64,000 nt of DNA, from positions 31,817,858 to 31,881,857 of the forward strand of contig NC_068983.1 in NCBI RefSeq assembly GCF_001194135.2. Reading direction: 5' to 3'. The position numbers and the translations under genes were made by a program. Below the pieces are notes generated by a model. That model was not told the origin of the DNA. It ran no database searches and saw nothing but the letters and a program-made list of their open reading frames with translations. Shown piece by piece: positions 1 through 12,337 of the stretch; position 1 is the stretch's first letter, and each line of letters starts with the position of its first letter. The stretch is from Octopus bimaculoides. Lineage: Eukaryota.

Positions 1-467
1 GGAAAGGATGTACTCTTTGCCTTATTGTCTGCTGGTAGAACTAAACAAATGCTAAACACCTTTTGGAGTTGTCTTAAGAAATTGTAATGATCAAAAATGA
101 ATATGGAGACAAAAATTTATTTAACTTGTTATTTAGCCTCAGGCCAGTTCTATAATAGAAGACATTCCAGCTTTGACATTTTTTCAGGTGCTGCTGTGTA
201 GTTGAGAAGTTTGCTTCCCAACCACATGGTTTCAGGTTCTGTCTAACTGCATGGCACCCAGGGAAAATGTCTTCTACTATAGCCTTGAGCCAACCAAAAC
301 CTTATCAGAGGATTTGGTAGACAGAAGCTGAAAGAAGCCTGTCACATATATATATATATATATATATATGTATAAACAGGAAATCTAATCCCTATTCTTT
401 TATTAATTATGTTTTAAATCCCTGTTTATGTGCTTCTCTCTTCTACAGTATGTTTTGTTTCTTTTAG

Positions 468-545
468 CTCCACAACTAAAAATTTCAGACGACTGTTTAA
501 CTGTGACTGGAGACAAAGGATACAGCATGGTGAGAGCCACACATG
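468..545 (+). CDS. ASH2L: ASH2L internal exon (start of SPRY domain), phase 1 to 1
   Basis: ttcttttag acceptor, G|gtcagt donor, 78 nt. Translates (A)[25 protein letters not shown](G), matching the ASH2L motif [27 protein letters not shown]. Confidence 0.95.
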
Positions 546-619
546 GTCAGTTATTGGTTTTGTTATTTTATTTATCTCTTTAGAACTGTTTATATTATTT
601 AATTTGTATTATGTTATGA

Positions 620-960
620 TAAATATTGCTATATGTTGTGTTGTGCTGCTTGAAAGAGCATGTTGTGTATTTTGTTGCAATCTGTATGTTCTGTGCTGTG
701 ACATTGTATCTTCTGCATTATAGTCTTCTGTTCTGTTTTGCAGTCTTGCTTGATCTGTATTAATATGTTGTGCTCTATGTCACAGTGTCAAATTTTGTGT
801 TGCTATGTCATTTGTGCTGTCTTGCAGTTTCATGTATTTTTTGTTGTGATGTTATGTGTCCTGTGTTGTGATGTCAAATATTCTGTGTTGCAATGTTATG
901 TGTTTTGTTTCGCCATCTCATGTTTTTTTTTTTTCTTTTGAGCTGTGATGTGGTCCTATC
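620..960 (+). repeat. Degenerate TGTTG/TGTGC-type low-complexity tract in ASH2L intron
   Basis: Recurrent tgttgtg, ctgtg and tgtgttg pentamer-like units. Confidence 0.5.
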
Positions 961-1404
961 TGATCTGTGAAACTATGTCAAGTTTTCTAAATTATCCAGT
1001 TCATTAATGCCAATATAAGGAGCCCCTACAACTTTGCTTGACCTACTTAGTAATAGTAGCCAAATTTCCCTCAAATCACACCCTTCTCTCTTAAAAGAGA
1101 GCAGTCACGTGAGATAATATAGTCCTATATATATATATATATATGTGTGTGTCTGAAAAAGACAAGCTAGTTATTGCTGGTAAGCTCTTAATCAGGGTTG
1201 AGCCAGGGCTAAAACAACAACAAGCATGATATACTTGGAAACAAAATTCAAATGATTGTGATACAGTAATGCTGTACTTGAAAATAATATATATTTTACT
1301 ACAAGCAATTTTACAAACAAAATATTCTTGTCATTTTATGGCAGGACTGCACATCATTGCCATGAACCTGTAAAAATTAATAATACAAGCTTCCAATAAG
1401 ACAG

Positions 1405-2260
1405 TGCAATAAATCATCATTCTTGCATGGGTTGGACAGGTCCTTGCCAACACAGCATCTCCCTAGTTGTCATGTTCTTTTGTCATTTGTTGTATGAGAT
1501 TTAAATGCCCCAAGATCAGCTTTAACCACTTCTGCTCATGTTTTCCTTGGTCTTCCTCTTCTTCAACTTCTTTCTACATGAATATTCTAGCACTTTACCT
1601 ATCTGTTACCCACCATACATATCACATGTTCATACCAGTGTAGACTTGTACACTACTGCTGATTCCTTTTATAACTGGTCTATATTGCGACTTATCTGTA
1701 TCTCTTCATTCATGCAAACTAATATTACAGACCCAGCAGATATGTAATATTAGTTCATTTCTCTCCAACTTCCACACTACTCACTACCATGCAGCATCAC
1801 ACCCATATACAAGTAACATACAATCAACCCTTTGTTCAAAGAGCCAAACTTCTTGTTGCTTGCGAAAGTAACTGTTTCCTAAACTTTTTCTATCCTGCCT
1901 TTATTCTGGCTACAATGCTTTTAGAAGACCTTCCCCCACTGTTGATCAGCTTGCCCAACTCATTGACTACTTTTATAGAATGTTCCAAGTATTGAAAAGA
2001 AGTTATTGTATTACTGCTTATGAATTGTATTACTACCTATGAACCCAGTACACCTCTTAAGCACCCACAGGTCATATAGTGTACACTGTATGTTGTGCCT
2101 ACAAGCTCCTTTTCTCCATATGAAACAGGGCAGTAGAGTTCTGTCCTCTTTTCTAATTACTAAAACTTTGGTCGTTGCGAAGATTTTCTTGAGGTCTCTC
2201 AATTCTAAGTTCTGCTTTCACATCTGGAATTACTTCAAGTTCTTCACAGACTTTGCTGTA
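1405..2260 (-). mobile_element. Degenerate RTE-clade LINE, 3' part (RT C-terminus plus tail)
   Basis: Minus-strand pieces LGKLINSGGRSSKSIVARIKAG*KKFR, RLHWYEHVI and RGRPRKT*AEVVKADL. Ends in gtccaacccatgcaag-(atg)n. Multiple stops and frameshifts. Confidence 0.8.
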
Positions 2261-2268
2261 AGGACTAG

Positions 2269-2685
2269 GCTTTAGGATCAACACCACTAAAACCAACCCT
2301 ATGGCTGCGATATGTTGATGACACCTTCATACTCTGGCCCCACCAGGAAGATGTCCAAGTGCTGTTAGATCATGTGAACTCAATAAAGCCATCCATACAG
2401 TTCACAATGGAAAAAGAAAAAGACAATCAGCTAGCATTCCTGGATATATTAATAACACGCACCAAGTATGGATTCAGGACATCCATATACTGCAAGCCGA
2501 CCTTCACTGGACAATACCTCAACTTCAACTCCCATTATCGATACAGTGTAAAGAGAGGGATTGCTCAGTGCCTAAAACATCGAGCAATGAATATAAGTAG
2601 CGATCGTGATACCCACCACGAAGAAATGATCAAGCTCAGTAACAATCTATTAAGCAACAACTACCCCAAAAGCATACTCTCCACT
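2269..2685 (+). mobile_element. Penelope-like element RT fragment
   Basis: Stop-free frame ALGSTPLKPTLWLRYVDDTFILW...LDHVNSIKPSIQFTMEKEKDNQLAFLDILI...SIYCKPTFTGQYLNFNSH...NNYPKSI. YVDD at 2311-2322 with the typical PLE thumb motifs. Confidence 0.92.
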
Positions 2686-2789
2686 CCAATCTTTGGGTAT
2701 GACACCTCCCTATTTTACCTGGTTGATTATGTGAGTTACTTATTTGATCCCCACTTCATCAGATATTTTTAGCATTTCAGCAACTATTC

Positions 2790-3070
2790 CTGGTGGGTCC
2801 ATATTCATATCTCTTAAGTGCTTGTTTACTTGCTTCACATTCTTACTTGATGGGGCTGGGGTTATCCCAGGTTAGTGGTCCCAGAGACATCATGCATAAA
2901 GCCACCCAGGTCTACCAGTACTTTTCTTCGCTGACAGTCCCATGTCAGCCCCTGTGCATCCTCCAAAGTGACGTCAAGCCTCTAGAGATCTTCCTTAATC
3001 ACATCTAGTCATTTGGTGCAGGGTCTGCCATGAAGCATCTTCCAGCCTGCAGCTGCTGCGCCAAATGAGA
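2790..3070 (-). mobile_element. RTE LINE 3' end remnant
   Basis: GWKMLHGRPCTK*LDVIKEDL*RLDVTLEDAQGL resembles the RTE C-terminal GRPRTRWLDVIKEDL motif. Confidence 0.65.
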
Positions 3071-3460
3071 GTAAAGCCTTAGTAGGATGATCTCTTAAGT
3101 GAGTTTTTATTAATGAATCTTACTGATAATCTAATATTGTTGTGCTGTTTAACCCTAAAGAGCAAACTTATCAATGGCATCGCTGCTTTGTCTCTCCTAG
3201 AGTTTAAGAGGTGCTAAGATTACAACTGATATATATTTTCCATTTTTAAGATGATATGATGTGAGTTAAGGTGGAATTGACTGCAATTTCTAGCAGGGCA
3301 AACAAACATAGAAGTTTCCTTGTTGACTCCAGGTAATCTAAAGTTAATGATGGTGGTAATTATAATCTCTGTTAATATAAAATAAAAAAATTCAAACCAT
3401 TAAATATATTGTGAAGTAGTGCTATGTATTTCTAGCTTTTGTTTTTTTAATGTACGTCAG

Positions 3461-3550
3461 GTATTCGCTGTGGTTCTTGGTACTATGAAGCAAAAATAGA
3501 CGACATGCCACTTGACACTGCCACCCGGATTGGATGGGCTCAGCCACTTG
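3461..3550 (+). CDS. ASH2L: ASH2L internal exon (SPRY), phase 1 to 1
   Basis: cgtcag acceptor, G|gttagt donor, 90 nt. (G)[29 protein letters not shown](G) matches ASH2L [31 protein letters not shown]. In phase with both neighbouring exons. Confidence 0.95.
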
Positions 3551-3734
3551 GTTAGTATTCGTAGTTGATATTTGTGTATAGTATAGATGTTTGTGTATAT
3601 AGTGAGCACCTAATATGCATAATAGTAAGATTCCATAGATTTGAAGCAGCAACTTAGATTCACTTTAGTTCACTTTCTCTGCTAATACCTCTGGCAGATT
3701 ATCAAGACTTCATTTCTACATTCTATAAATTCAT

Positions 3735-4020
3735 GTCCGATGTGGTATTGGGGCATACGCTACTGCAGCACATTGCGCCATGCATCATTTGTCAGCATCT
3801 GCTCAGGTTATCCCAGGCAACCCTACAAACAATGTCCCATTCATTTCCTCATCATGATCATGAGTCATGTGGTCAACCAACACAAGCCATCACCCCAGCT
3901 GGATCCTCAGAAAGGAAGACATAGGATCCCACTCAGAAAACCGAGCAACATGATCAAACAGTCTAAGCTGATGCTCCCAAATCAACCGACAACAGCATAC
4001 ATCCATAAAGTCAACAAGGT
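3735..4020 (-). mobile_element. RTE LINE 3' end remnant
   Basis: QLRLFDHVARFSEWDP resembles RLRLFGHVAR; ends in gcgtatgcccca. Confidence 0.6.
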
Positions 4021-6318
4021 TATTTAGATGTATATCTATGATCACAAAAGATCAAGTTATTTATGTGGGACAAATATTTACTCTTAGTTATTTATATGTG
4101 TGTATATTTGAGCGCGGTCGTTGCCGGTGCCACTGGACTGGTTCCCGTGCAGGTAGCACGTAAAAACACCTTTTGTGTGTGGTCGTTGCCAGAACTGCCT
4201 GACTGGCCCTCGTGCCAGTGGCATGTAAAAAGCACCCACTATACTCTTGGAGTGGTTGGTGTTAGGAAGGGCATCCAGCTGTAGAAACTTTGCCCAATCA
4301 GATTAAGCCTGGTGCAGCCTCTGACTCACCAGTCCTCAGTCAAACCATCCAACCCATACCAGCATGGAAAGTGGACGTTAAACAAACGATGATCTCATGT
4401 CCAATAATTCTATCAGTCTTTGGACAGTGAAAATTGTTTAAATGTTGCCTTACTTATTGATACTACATATATGCATTAATTTATATGTGTGATACACACA
4501 CAGCACATTGGTAATTAGGAATTCATGCCTATTTCAAGTGCAGTGGTTCATAGACAGGAAACTGCTTCCAATAGAGAATCAAAGTCTATGTCTCTGTATT
4601 AGCTTTAGTTATTTTCATTATCATCTTCATCATCACCATTTCTGGTGTGGACTGAAGATCATAGCTAACCAAGCCGAAAGGCCATAGACAGCCAACTAAG
4701 TACTTCTGGAATTTATCTTATCATCTGCACTGTGTTGTATCCCTAGCCAAGATACTTAATTCTTAATTACTGAGCTTTGCTCTAAGTTGATATTCATTGG
4801 AAGAAGCTGCACTGTGCTCAGTTGAAGTCCTCCTTTAAACCTAAAAAAAAGAGCAACAGGAACATACTCAGATGTATTACTCCTTTGAATTACTACAAAG
4901 AAGACCAGATCTTGAATGATTTTTGTGGAATTCAAGTTTGGGGTTACAAGACCAACTACCATTACTACAATGCAAGCTGGTTTTCGATACCTAGTTGAAA
5001 CCAATTTACTTATGCTGACATCAGATCTTTTGAGAGCCATGAGCATAACGCAATACCATATCTTTCATCGAATATAAATCTGAGATTTGGAGCATATATT
5101 TATAAATCATTAATGAATGAGGACATGTTAATAGATATTTGTGTACGTATCCACAGTAATATTCCTACTTCTAGAATAACTTTATAATTATTCAAAGAGC
5201 TTGAATCAGATATATAATTAGTGTTGAAGGTTGTTTTTGTAGTACTTATGCAACCCATGTCTTCTATTTATCAGGAATCCCTAGTCCCAGTAATAAGAAA
5301 CTACTTTGCTTGAACTTTTGCATTTAATTAGCATTATTACTGTAACTATACCAGCTTTGTTGTGGGACATTTTCTCTTTATTTTTTTTTTCTCTTAGATT
5401 TCCAACAATCATATAGTCAGTATTCTAAAGTGAGATCTTGTGGTTGGTGGGGAAATATGGAAGTTACATTAAATATACGAAACACTTATGTAAATGTTTT
5501 TTTCCTTTGTAAGTTATTTGAACTAAAAAAAAAAGTTCATTTCCATTACTGGTGTCCATGAGAAAGTCATGTACAGTCTGATATCTCATTTTCTGTCACT
5601 GATAAATCTATGTATGTAAATAAAAAAATATTTTCATCCTTTTGATTAGAATAATCCACATAATAGATTACCAGAGTAAATATATTAGAATGTTTAGTTT
5701 CATTGCTCTTGGTTATAAGCTCAATTTTACTTTTACCTCATTTCAGAGGTCAATAAAGGATTGACTATATCTAGTCTGATGAACTATTGCATGTTATGCT
5801 AAAGTAGGAAATCATTATCATAATCAAAAAGCTAATGGAATATAAAGACACTTTAGCACTTGCATAAATATGTTTGGTATTCAGTTCATCTCTCTATTCC
5901 CCATGTTCAAATTCCCATTAGATTTGATTTTACTTTCATCCCACTTCGGTTACTTAAATAACTGTCGTTCTTGCATTTTTGATTCAATCCATTATATCTG
6001 TTCTTAGTCAAATCAGTGCCAGTGGGTGAAATTATTTGAAAAATTTTAAATGTTTAAGGAAAGTGAGACTGTAGAGTAGCAGATTGAGTTTAACACAACA
6101 TTAGTTAAAGACTTCTTAGCAATGAATTCAAATCTCACAAGAATTAATTTTGCTTTTCATCCTTACATTAATTTGAAAAGTTTATTTAATTTCTAGCTTT
6201 ATACCAATATAAGATATGGTCATTAACATATTTGTTTCTGTTTATTACTTTGGAGTATATGCCCTCCTTCTTAACACAATTTCTTTATTTCTTTTAACAT
6301 TAAAAATATCACACACAG

Positions 6319-6512
6319 GGAATGTCCAAGCTCCATGCGGTTATGATAAGTTTAGCTATTCTTGGAGGTCAAAGAAAGGGACAAGCTTCCATCAGAGTCG
6401 TGGCAAACATTTTTCATTTGGATATGGTGAAGGTGATGTTTTAGGGTTCTACATTTATTTACCCCAGCCAGATGATCCAGGGAAACTATTACCACCAACA
6501 TACAAAGATAAG
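6319..6512 (+). CDS. ASH2L: ASH2L internal exon (SPRY), phase 1 to 0
   Basis: acacag acceptor, AAG|gtagga donor, 194 nt. [65 protein letters not shown] matches ASH2[28 protein letters not shown]...TYKDK. Confidence 0.97.
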
Positions 6513-8069
6513 GTAGGAAATTTCGGTTTTTGTAGTTTTATACACACACACATTTTTTTTTCAGCTTGTTCTTTAATTTTTGTTCTTTTTAATCATATAT
6601 AGAGTTGTGAAGTGGCACGAATGACATCAATCTATAAATCTTGCAGTATTTAGTTTGATTCCTCTACATTTTCAGTGTCATTTTACCTCCCATACTTCTA
6701 GGATCATGTACCAATGTGTCCTTCCTATTTTTGAGGCAGTAGAGTATGATTTTAAGGAGATTTAACTGCTATTTCAAGTTGATTAAATAACCACAAAGTG
6801 GCTTCCACTCTCAACATGGTCTTGTTAAACTGTGTTTAAGTTTTTTAACTCTTCTGGAATGTCATACTGAGATTTGACACCTCAGCCTGTCTGTGTGTAA
6901 TATCATCAACAGTAGCATCATCATTTTATGTCCACAATCCTTGCTGGTATGAGTTTGATAGTTTGACAGGATCCAACAAGCTGAAGGAATATAACTTGCA
7001 CCAACATCTTCAATTTGGTATATTTTCTACACCTTATTGCCTCTCCAAAATCCAACCACTTTACAAAATATACCAAGTGTATTTTATTGTGGTATCAGCA
7101 CAATAGAGGTTGTTTCCCCTTCAGTAAAACAAGTGTTCTCTCAATCCTGCATTGTCTCAACAACCACTTACAGATTTGTATTGGCTCCTTTTCTTGTAGC
7201 ACTAGTGCGGTATCTTTGTAACTAATAAGACTAAAGAGCCCCACAACTGGAAGGGAGAATAAAAGAGAGAGTAATGACATTAGATGAGGTGTTGAGAGAC
7301 AGTGAAAGATGATTGAAGAAAAGATTTTTGTCGTGAGAGTGTGGTAATGGATAGCGTGACAGAAGACAATGTTGGGGGAATAATGAAAGGGACAGAGGAA
7401 AGGAGAAGGGAAATATTAGTATTAGGGGTCACTGAGAAAGAGATGAAGGCTTGTAAGGATGATGGGGTCGGTTAAGTAGGAGCGGATCAAGTGCTACCCT
7501 GCATTATAAGCATGAATAAGAGTGGGTGGAAGGGTGCATGAAAGAGAGATAGAAATGAGGATGACAAGAAACCAGAGAAGGTATGTGGAGAGGATAAATG
7601 AAAGAAATAGGAAGTTTTCTCAAGTACTGCATGGCTGTGTAGTTAAGAAGTTCACTTCCCATCAACATGATTTCTGAGTCAGTTCTATGTAGCCTCTTGG
7701 GTAAGTGTCTTCTACAATAGCCCCAGACTGACCAAAGCCTTTTAAGTGGATTTGGTTGATGGAAACTGAAAGAAGTCAGTTGTGTATGTGTGTATACGTA
7801 TAATTGTATATGTGTCTCCTTGTCTTAACATAGCATGGTAATTGTAAATGAGCATCACTGTCACACAAGCAGTGTCCTCCATTTCCACTCTTCTGTGGAA
7901 ACATGTCCAGTCTTACAGAAATATTACATCACTTGCAAATGGGTGAGAGTTGGGAGTTGGTAACAGGTGAGGCATCCAACCATTGAAAATCTGCCTCAGT
8001 GAACTGTTTCTAATTCAGGTAACCATAGAAAAGTAGACATTAAAATGATGATGATTATGTATATTGCCA

Positions 8070-8760
8070 ATCAACATCTTTTATGATGTTCAGCATCTTA
8101 ACATGGGTTGTCACCACTTCGTCATTTGTCTTTCAAGATTTTTGTCTTCCATAGGTACAGTCTGCTTTGAGCACTCAGTACTTTTCATATACAACTGTCA
8201 TCTATATGTATCACATACCCTTACCAATGCAATCTTCTCTCTTATATATTATGTCTGATTCCTCTTATCATTCAGGTCATTCATACTACATCATTCACGT
8301 ACACTAACTTTATACATCCAGCAAAGCAGGCTCATTTCATTCTAGTCCTCACACGTCTTTTGCAATCAAGGCCCAAATCTTACTATGATGTAGCATTCCA
8401 CTCTGTACATAAACATCATATAATCTGTCCTTCACTCTGAGACAGAGGTTCTGTGTTGCCAGGAGAATTGGTAACTCCGAGCTTTTCCTAAGTCTGAAAA
8501 CTATGCTTTCAGAGCAACCACTCCGACAGCTAATTAGGTTGGTCACTTAGGTAACAAACTATTGACTACATCTGAGCAGTTGAGCGAATCTATTCCCCAA
8601 GTATTTTTCAGGTTTAATGCTCCTGTATTCCTGCCACATATGAAGGCTATCATTGCTGTTAGCCTGTTTGTGATCATACTGTACCTGTTGTGCAGTCATC
8701 ATATTCATAAGACATGTATAAAGTTTCTACTTATTCCTTTACTGAATACCAAGCATAGTT
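8070..8760 (-). mobile_element. Degenerate RTE LINE, same family as 1405-2260
   Basis: SCRSGCSESIVFRLRKSSELPILLATQNLCLRVKDRLYDVYVQSGMLHHSKIWAL resembles GGGCSESIVARIR...LPLLATKGLSLRVKGRLYDACVRTAMLHGSETWA. Confidence 0.8.
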
Positions 8761-9269
8761 ATTTCCCTTTTTCAAATACTTTCCTCTTCCTTCTCCTCTT
8801 TCTTTCTTTCTCTCTCTCAAGTTAAGCTGTGTATCTCTACTTCTTCATCCCTTTATAGTTTCAAAATTAAAGTTGATAGAAAATCCATACTAGGAATTTA
8901 ACAATTTTTTTTTTCTTCTCTTTCTACCTCTTTCCATTCTTAGAAATTCTAAGTATTCATAACTTACTTATAGATGATAATCTATAACTACAAACAACTT
9001 CTAGAAATTCATAACTCATATGTATATTATAACCTGAGTTATAAATAACTTGTTGAATTTTATACTTCATAGGATGGTTTTGCTAGGAATTTATAACTCC
9101 ACCCTAATTTCATTTTTCCATTTTTAAGCTATACATTTAACAACTGACACCCTGATTTTGTATTCATTTGAGAATACTGTAAAATTGAAACATACTGCAG
9201 TTTGTAATGAAGTAGTTTGATAAATGCTTGTATGTATATGTGTGTTTACACACACATATATATGTCAGA

Positions 9270-9640
9270 ATACTATGTATGAGCAAGTCCCATCTCTTTT
9301 GTCTCCTCTTCTCCCACCCTAACACTGTTCCTTCCATTATTCTTTCCATTACTGTCCTCTCACAATAAACCTGTTCTTTTCCATCATGCGATGCTCTCTT
9401 TTGCTTTGCAAGTTGCAAAGCCTCAAAAAGTACCCAGTACACTCCAATTGATAACTGATTCAAACTGCTGCAATGCCAGGTTTGAGAGAATTCTTTAGTC
9501 ATGGCAAAGCAATCAGTGTAGTTCTGGTGCACTATACACCTAGTACACTCAATAACATAGCTGGTATTAGGAAAGACATTCAATCTAGAAGCCAAAAATG
9601 AGACATTGGAGGAAGACTGACACATTGAATTCTATCAAAC
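9270..9640 (-). mobile_element. RTE LINE C-terminal remnant
   Basis: RIMEGTVLGWEKRRQKRW resembles KTILQGTVEG..RRGRQRKRW. Confidence 0.5.
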
Positions 9641-9796
9641 CATCTTACCCATGCCAGCATGGAAAATGGACACGAAATGATGATGGAATGAAATTCCACA
9701 AGCTGCATTCCAGGCTTCCAAACAAGAAAAGCAGTAACTCTAAATAAGAACTGATGCAGTATAAAGAAGACTCATTAGTCTTTCTTTTATGGGAAC

Positions 9797-9805
9797 AGGT
9801 CTCTC

Positions 9806-9861
<56 letters not shown>
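9797..9861 (+). repeat. (CT)n microsatellite
   Basis: Directly visible. Confidence 0.95.
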
Positions 9862-9863
<2 letters not shown>

Positions 9864-10256
9864 CTCTCTACAACATGATAAAATATACCTAAAAAGTTAG
9901 TCTTCTCTTTTAAGGTACCAATTTTTGTATAATTCTCTTGATCCACTCCCCCTCATTATGAAGACATGAAATTCAAAGCTGACCTTTACAAACAGGAATT
10001 GAACTTGGATTTAGCAGAATACAGTGGAATGAAAGTAAATAGTATAAGATGATAATTACTCTGATGCACTACTGTTTTTGACAACTCACCAGCCTGCAAA
10101 TCAGGAAGTATGATTTGCTGTGACTGAAAAACTAACCCAGAATTTTATTTCAAAACAAAATATAAAATAAATAACTCGGAAAATAATCAAAAAATTAAAA
10201 GAAAACAAGACTAACAAAATAAAGTTACATAACTGTATGTGTTAGCTTATATATAA

Positions 10257-10292
<36 letters not shown>

Positions 10293-10379
10293 ATATATAT
10301 ATATCAAATATATAATATGTGTGCACATATAGATATATACATATTATTTATTAATTTATTATTTAACAGTTTGTTTTTT

Positions 10380-10589
10380 NNNNNNNNNNNNNNNNNNNNN
10401 NNNNNNNNNNNNNNNNNNNNNNNNNNNNNNNNNNNNNNNNNNNNNNNNNNNNNNNNNNNNNNNNNNNNNNNNNNNNNNNNNNNNNNNNNNNNNNNNNNNN
10501 NNNNNNNNNNNNNNNNNNNNNNNNNNNNNNNNNNNNNNNNNNNNNNNNNNNNNNNNNNNNNNNNNNNNNNNNNNNNNNNNNNNNNNNNN
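10380..10589. other. Assembly gap (210 N); smaller gaps at 11497-11513 and 12558-12567
   Basis: Runs of N. Confidence 1.
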
Positions 10590-12110
10590 GGTACAAATCA
10601 GTTTAAAGTGTAAGAAAATGTACAGCACAAAGTAGATGTCTGCCCTTTATGATGATAGCTATTAACAGCCTGTTTTCCAGTTATTATATCACTTTTTCTT
10701 TGAAATGTCATTGGGAAATTTTTTTCTTTTAAAAAGTTTTTTTCTTTTTGTTGCTGTTGATTTGCTTCTTAATCTTGTGTCTGAGAGAGTTAAATCATTA
10801 CAGTGAAAATGAGAAATTTTTTCTCATGTGTGTGTGTGTGTTTGTAAATGAGAGTGAGTGTCTGTGCGCGCGCGTGTGTGTGTGTGCGTTTTAGGAACTG
10901 TCTACTTGTTGAGGTACTGTGTGTTGTTATTGTTTAGCTCTGATCAAAGACATTACTACTGTGACCTCTTTCTTTTATACATTCAGAATTACATTTTTCC
11001 ATGCATCCTTATTTTAGGACAGGAGAGAATGATTTGTGAAAATATGGCTATTTCTAAAAAAGTTGAGTTACCATTTAGAGTCTACTTCATTGGTTCGTGT
11101 GTGTGTGTGTAAGTGTGGCTGTGAAGTTAAGAAGTTCACTTGCCAACCACAGGTTTCAAGTTCAACCTCACTGTGTGACACATTGGGCAAGTGTCTTCTG
11201 TTACAGTGTGAGAGAATTTGGTGTATGTTAACTGAGAGAAGCCTATCAAGTGTGTGTTTGCGACTCTTTGTGCTGACATTGCATAATAGTAATAAACAAC
11301 TATACCCCATCATCAAATGGTGTCTTTCATTTCCAATTTACTATGAAAACATACCATTGGGAAATATTATCTTGCTTAAAAATAGGCAAGAGTTGGAAAC
11401 AAGAAGGACATCTGGATAGAAAATCTGCCTCACTCAGTTCTGTCACACACATGTCAGCAAGGTAAAGTAGCCATAAAGTAATAACTATAGATATATNNNN
11501 NNNNNNNNNNNNNATATATATATATATACGTTCCAAATATAGACCCCATATGATGCTTTTGTTGAATACTTAATGTGACAAGTGGTAGTTGGATAGAATT
11601 TCTGTGCAGTAATGATTACAGAGTGGGAAGTCGGTATCTGGAAACGTCATATAGAATAGTGTGAGTGTATATGTGTCTATGTATGAGGCTTTATGTGTTT
11701 TTATTTGAAGAACAATTAACTGTATTTCATTTGGGATATCAGTTTTCAATGTTTCTTTCATTTTTATGTCTACTTTTCTTTGCCTTAGACAGAATTCATT
11801 GAGATAGATTTTCGTAACTGCATGCCATTCCCATCATTAACCCACACCTGCTTCCTTCCATGGTAATACTTCCCTATACCCAGACAATGTTTCCACAAAG
11901 ATTGGAAATGAAGGACACTGCTTGTATGATGGTAACAACTATTGTGCAATATCAAAACAGGGAGACACATACATACACACATGTCTTCTTTCAGTTTTCA
12001 CCAGCCTGTAAAAGACACGTTTCTAGGATACCATGCAGTGAAACTAAACCTAAACCCATGTTATTGATGTTTACACTAACTGAATAGACAGCATAAATTT
12101 AGAACAAATC

Positions 12111-12336
12111 TGTACATTTCTATATTTAAAAGATGAGGAATTATGTACATTATTTACAGTTGACGGATATTTGTCCTCATCTTGTTTGTTGTTAACACGT
12201 TTCGGCTGATATACCCTCCAGCCTTCATCAGGTGTCTTGGGGAAATTTCGGTCCTGGGTTTTCATTCCTAAGGTATTTTTCGATGTTATTATTATTATTA
12301 TTATTATTATTCAGGTTACTGCCTGGAATCGAACTC
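12111..12336 (-). mobile_element. tRNA-headed SINE with hammerhead-like tail, 5'-truncated copy (family C)
   Basis: Reverse complement of the adjacent 12338-12557 copy, running from the B-box through (AAT)n to the tail end. Confidence 0.85.
12194..12236 (-). ncRNA. Hammerhead-ribozyme-like core (Penelope-type minimal type I; stem III/cleavage triplet incomplete)
   Basis: GACAC CUGAUGA A GGCUG-gagggUAUAU-CAGCC GAAAC GUGUU. Conserved CUGANGA and GAAA boxes, 5-bp stem II, GACAC/GUGUU stem I. Confidence 0.6.
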
Positions 12337-12337
12337 C

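Noticed and set aside
430-723. 97-aa plus-strand ORF
   Set aside because: It overlaps the ASH2L exon in the wrong frame and then reads low-complexity intron.
10275-10628. ORFs spanning the N run
   Set aside because: Artefacts of the assembly gap.
11789-11862. Exon-like plus-strand segment (TEFIEIDF...) with ag/gt ends
   Set aside because: Not ASH2L-like, and its 3' part belongs to an interspersed repeat also seen at ~27980-28100.
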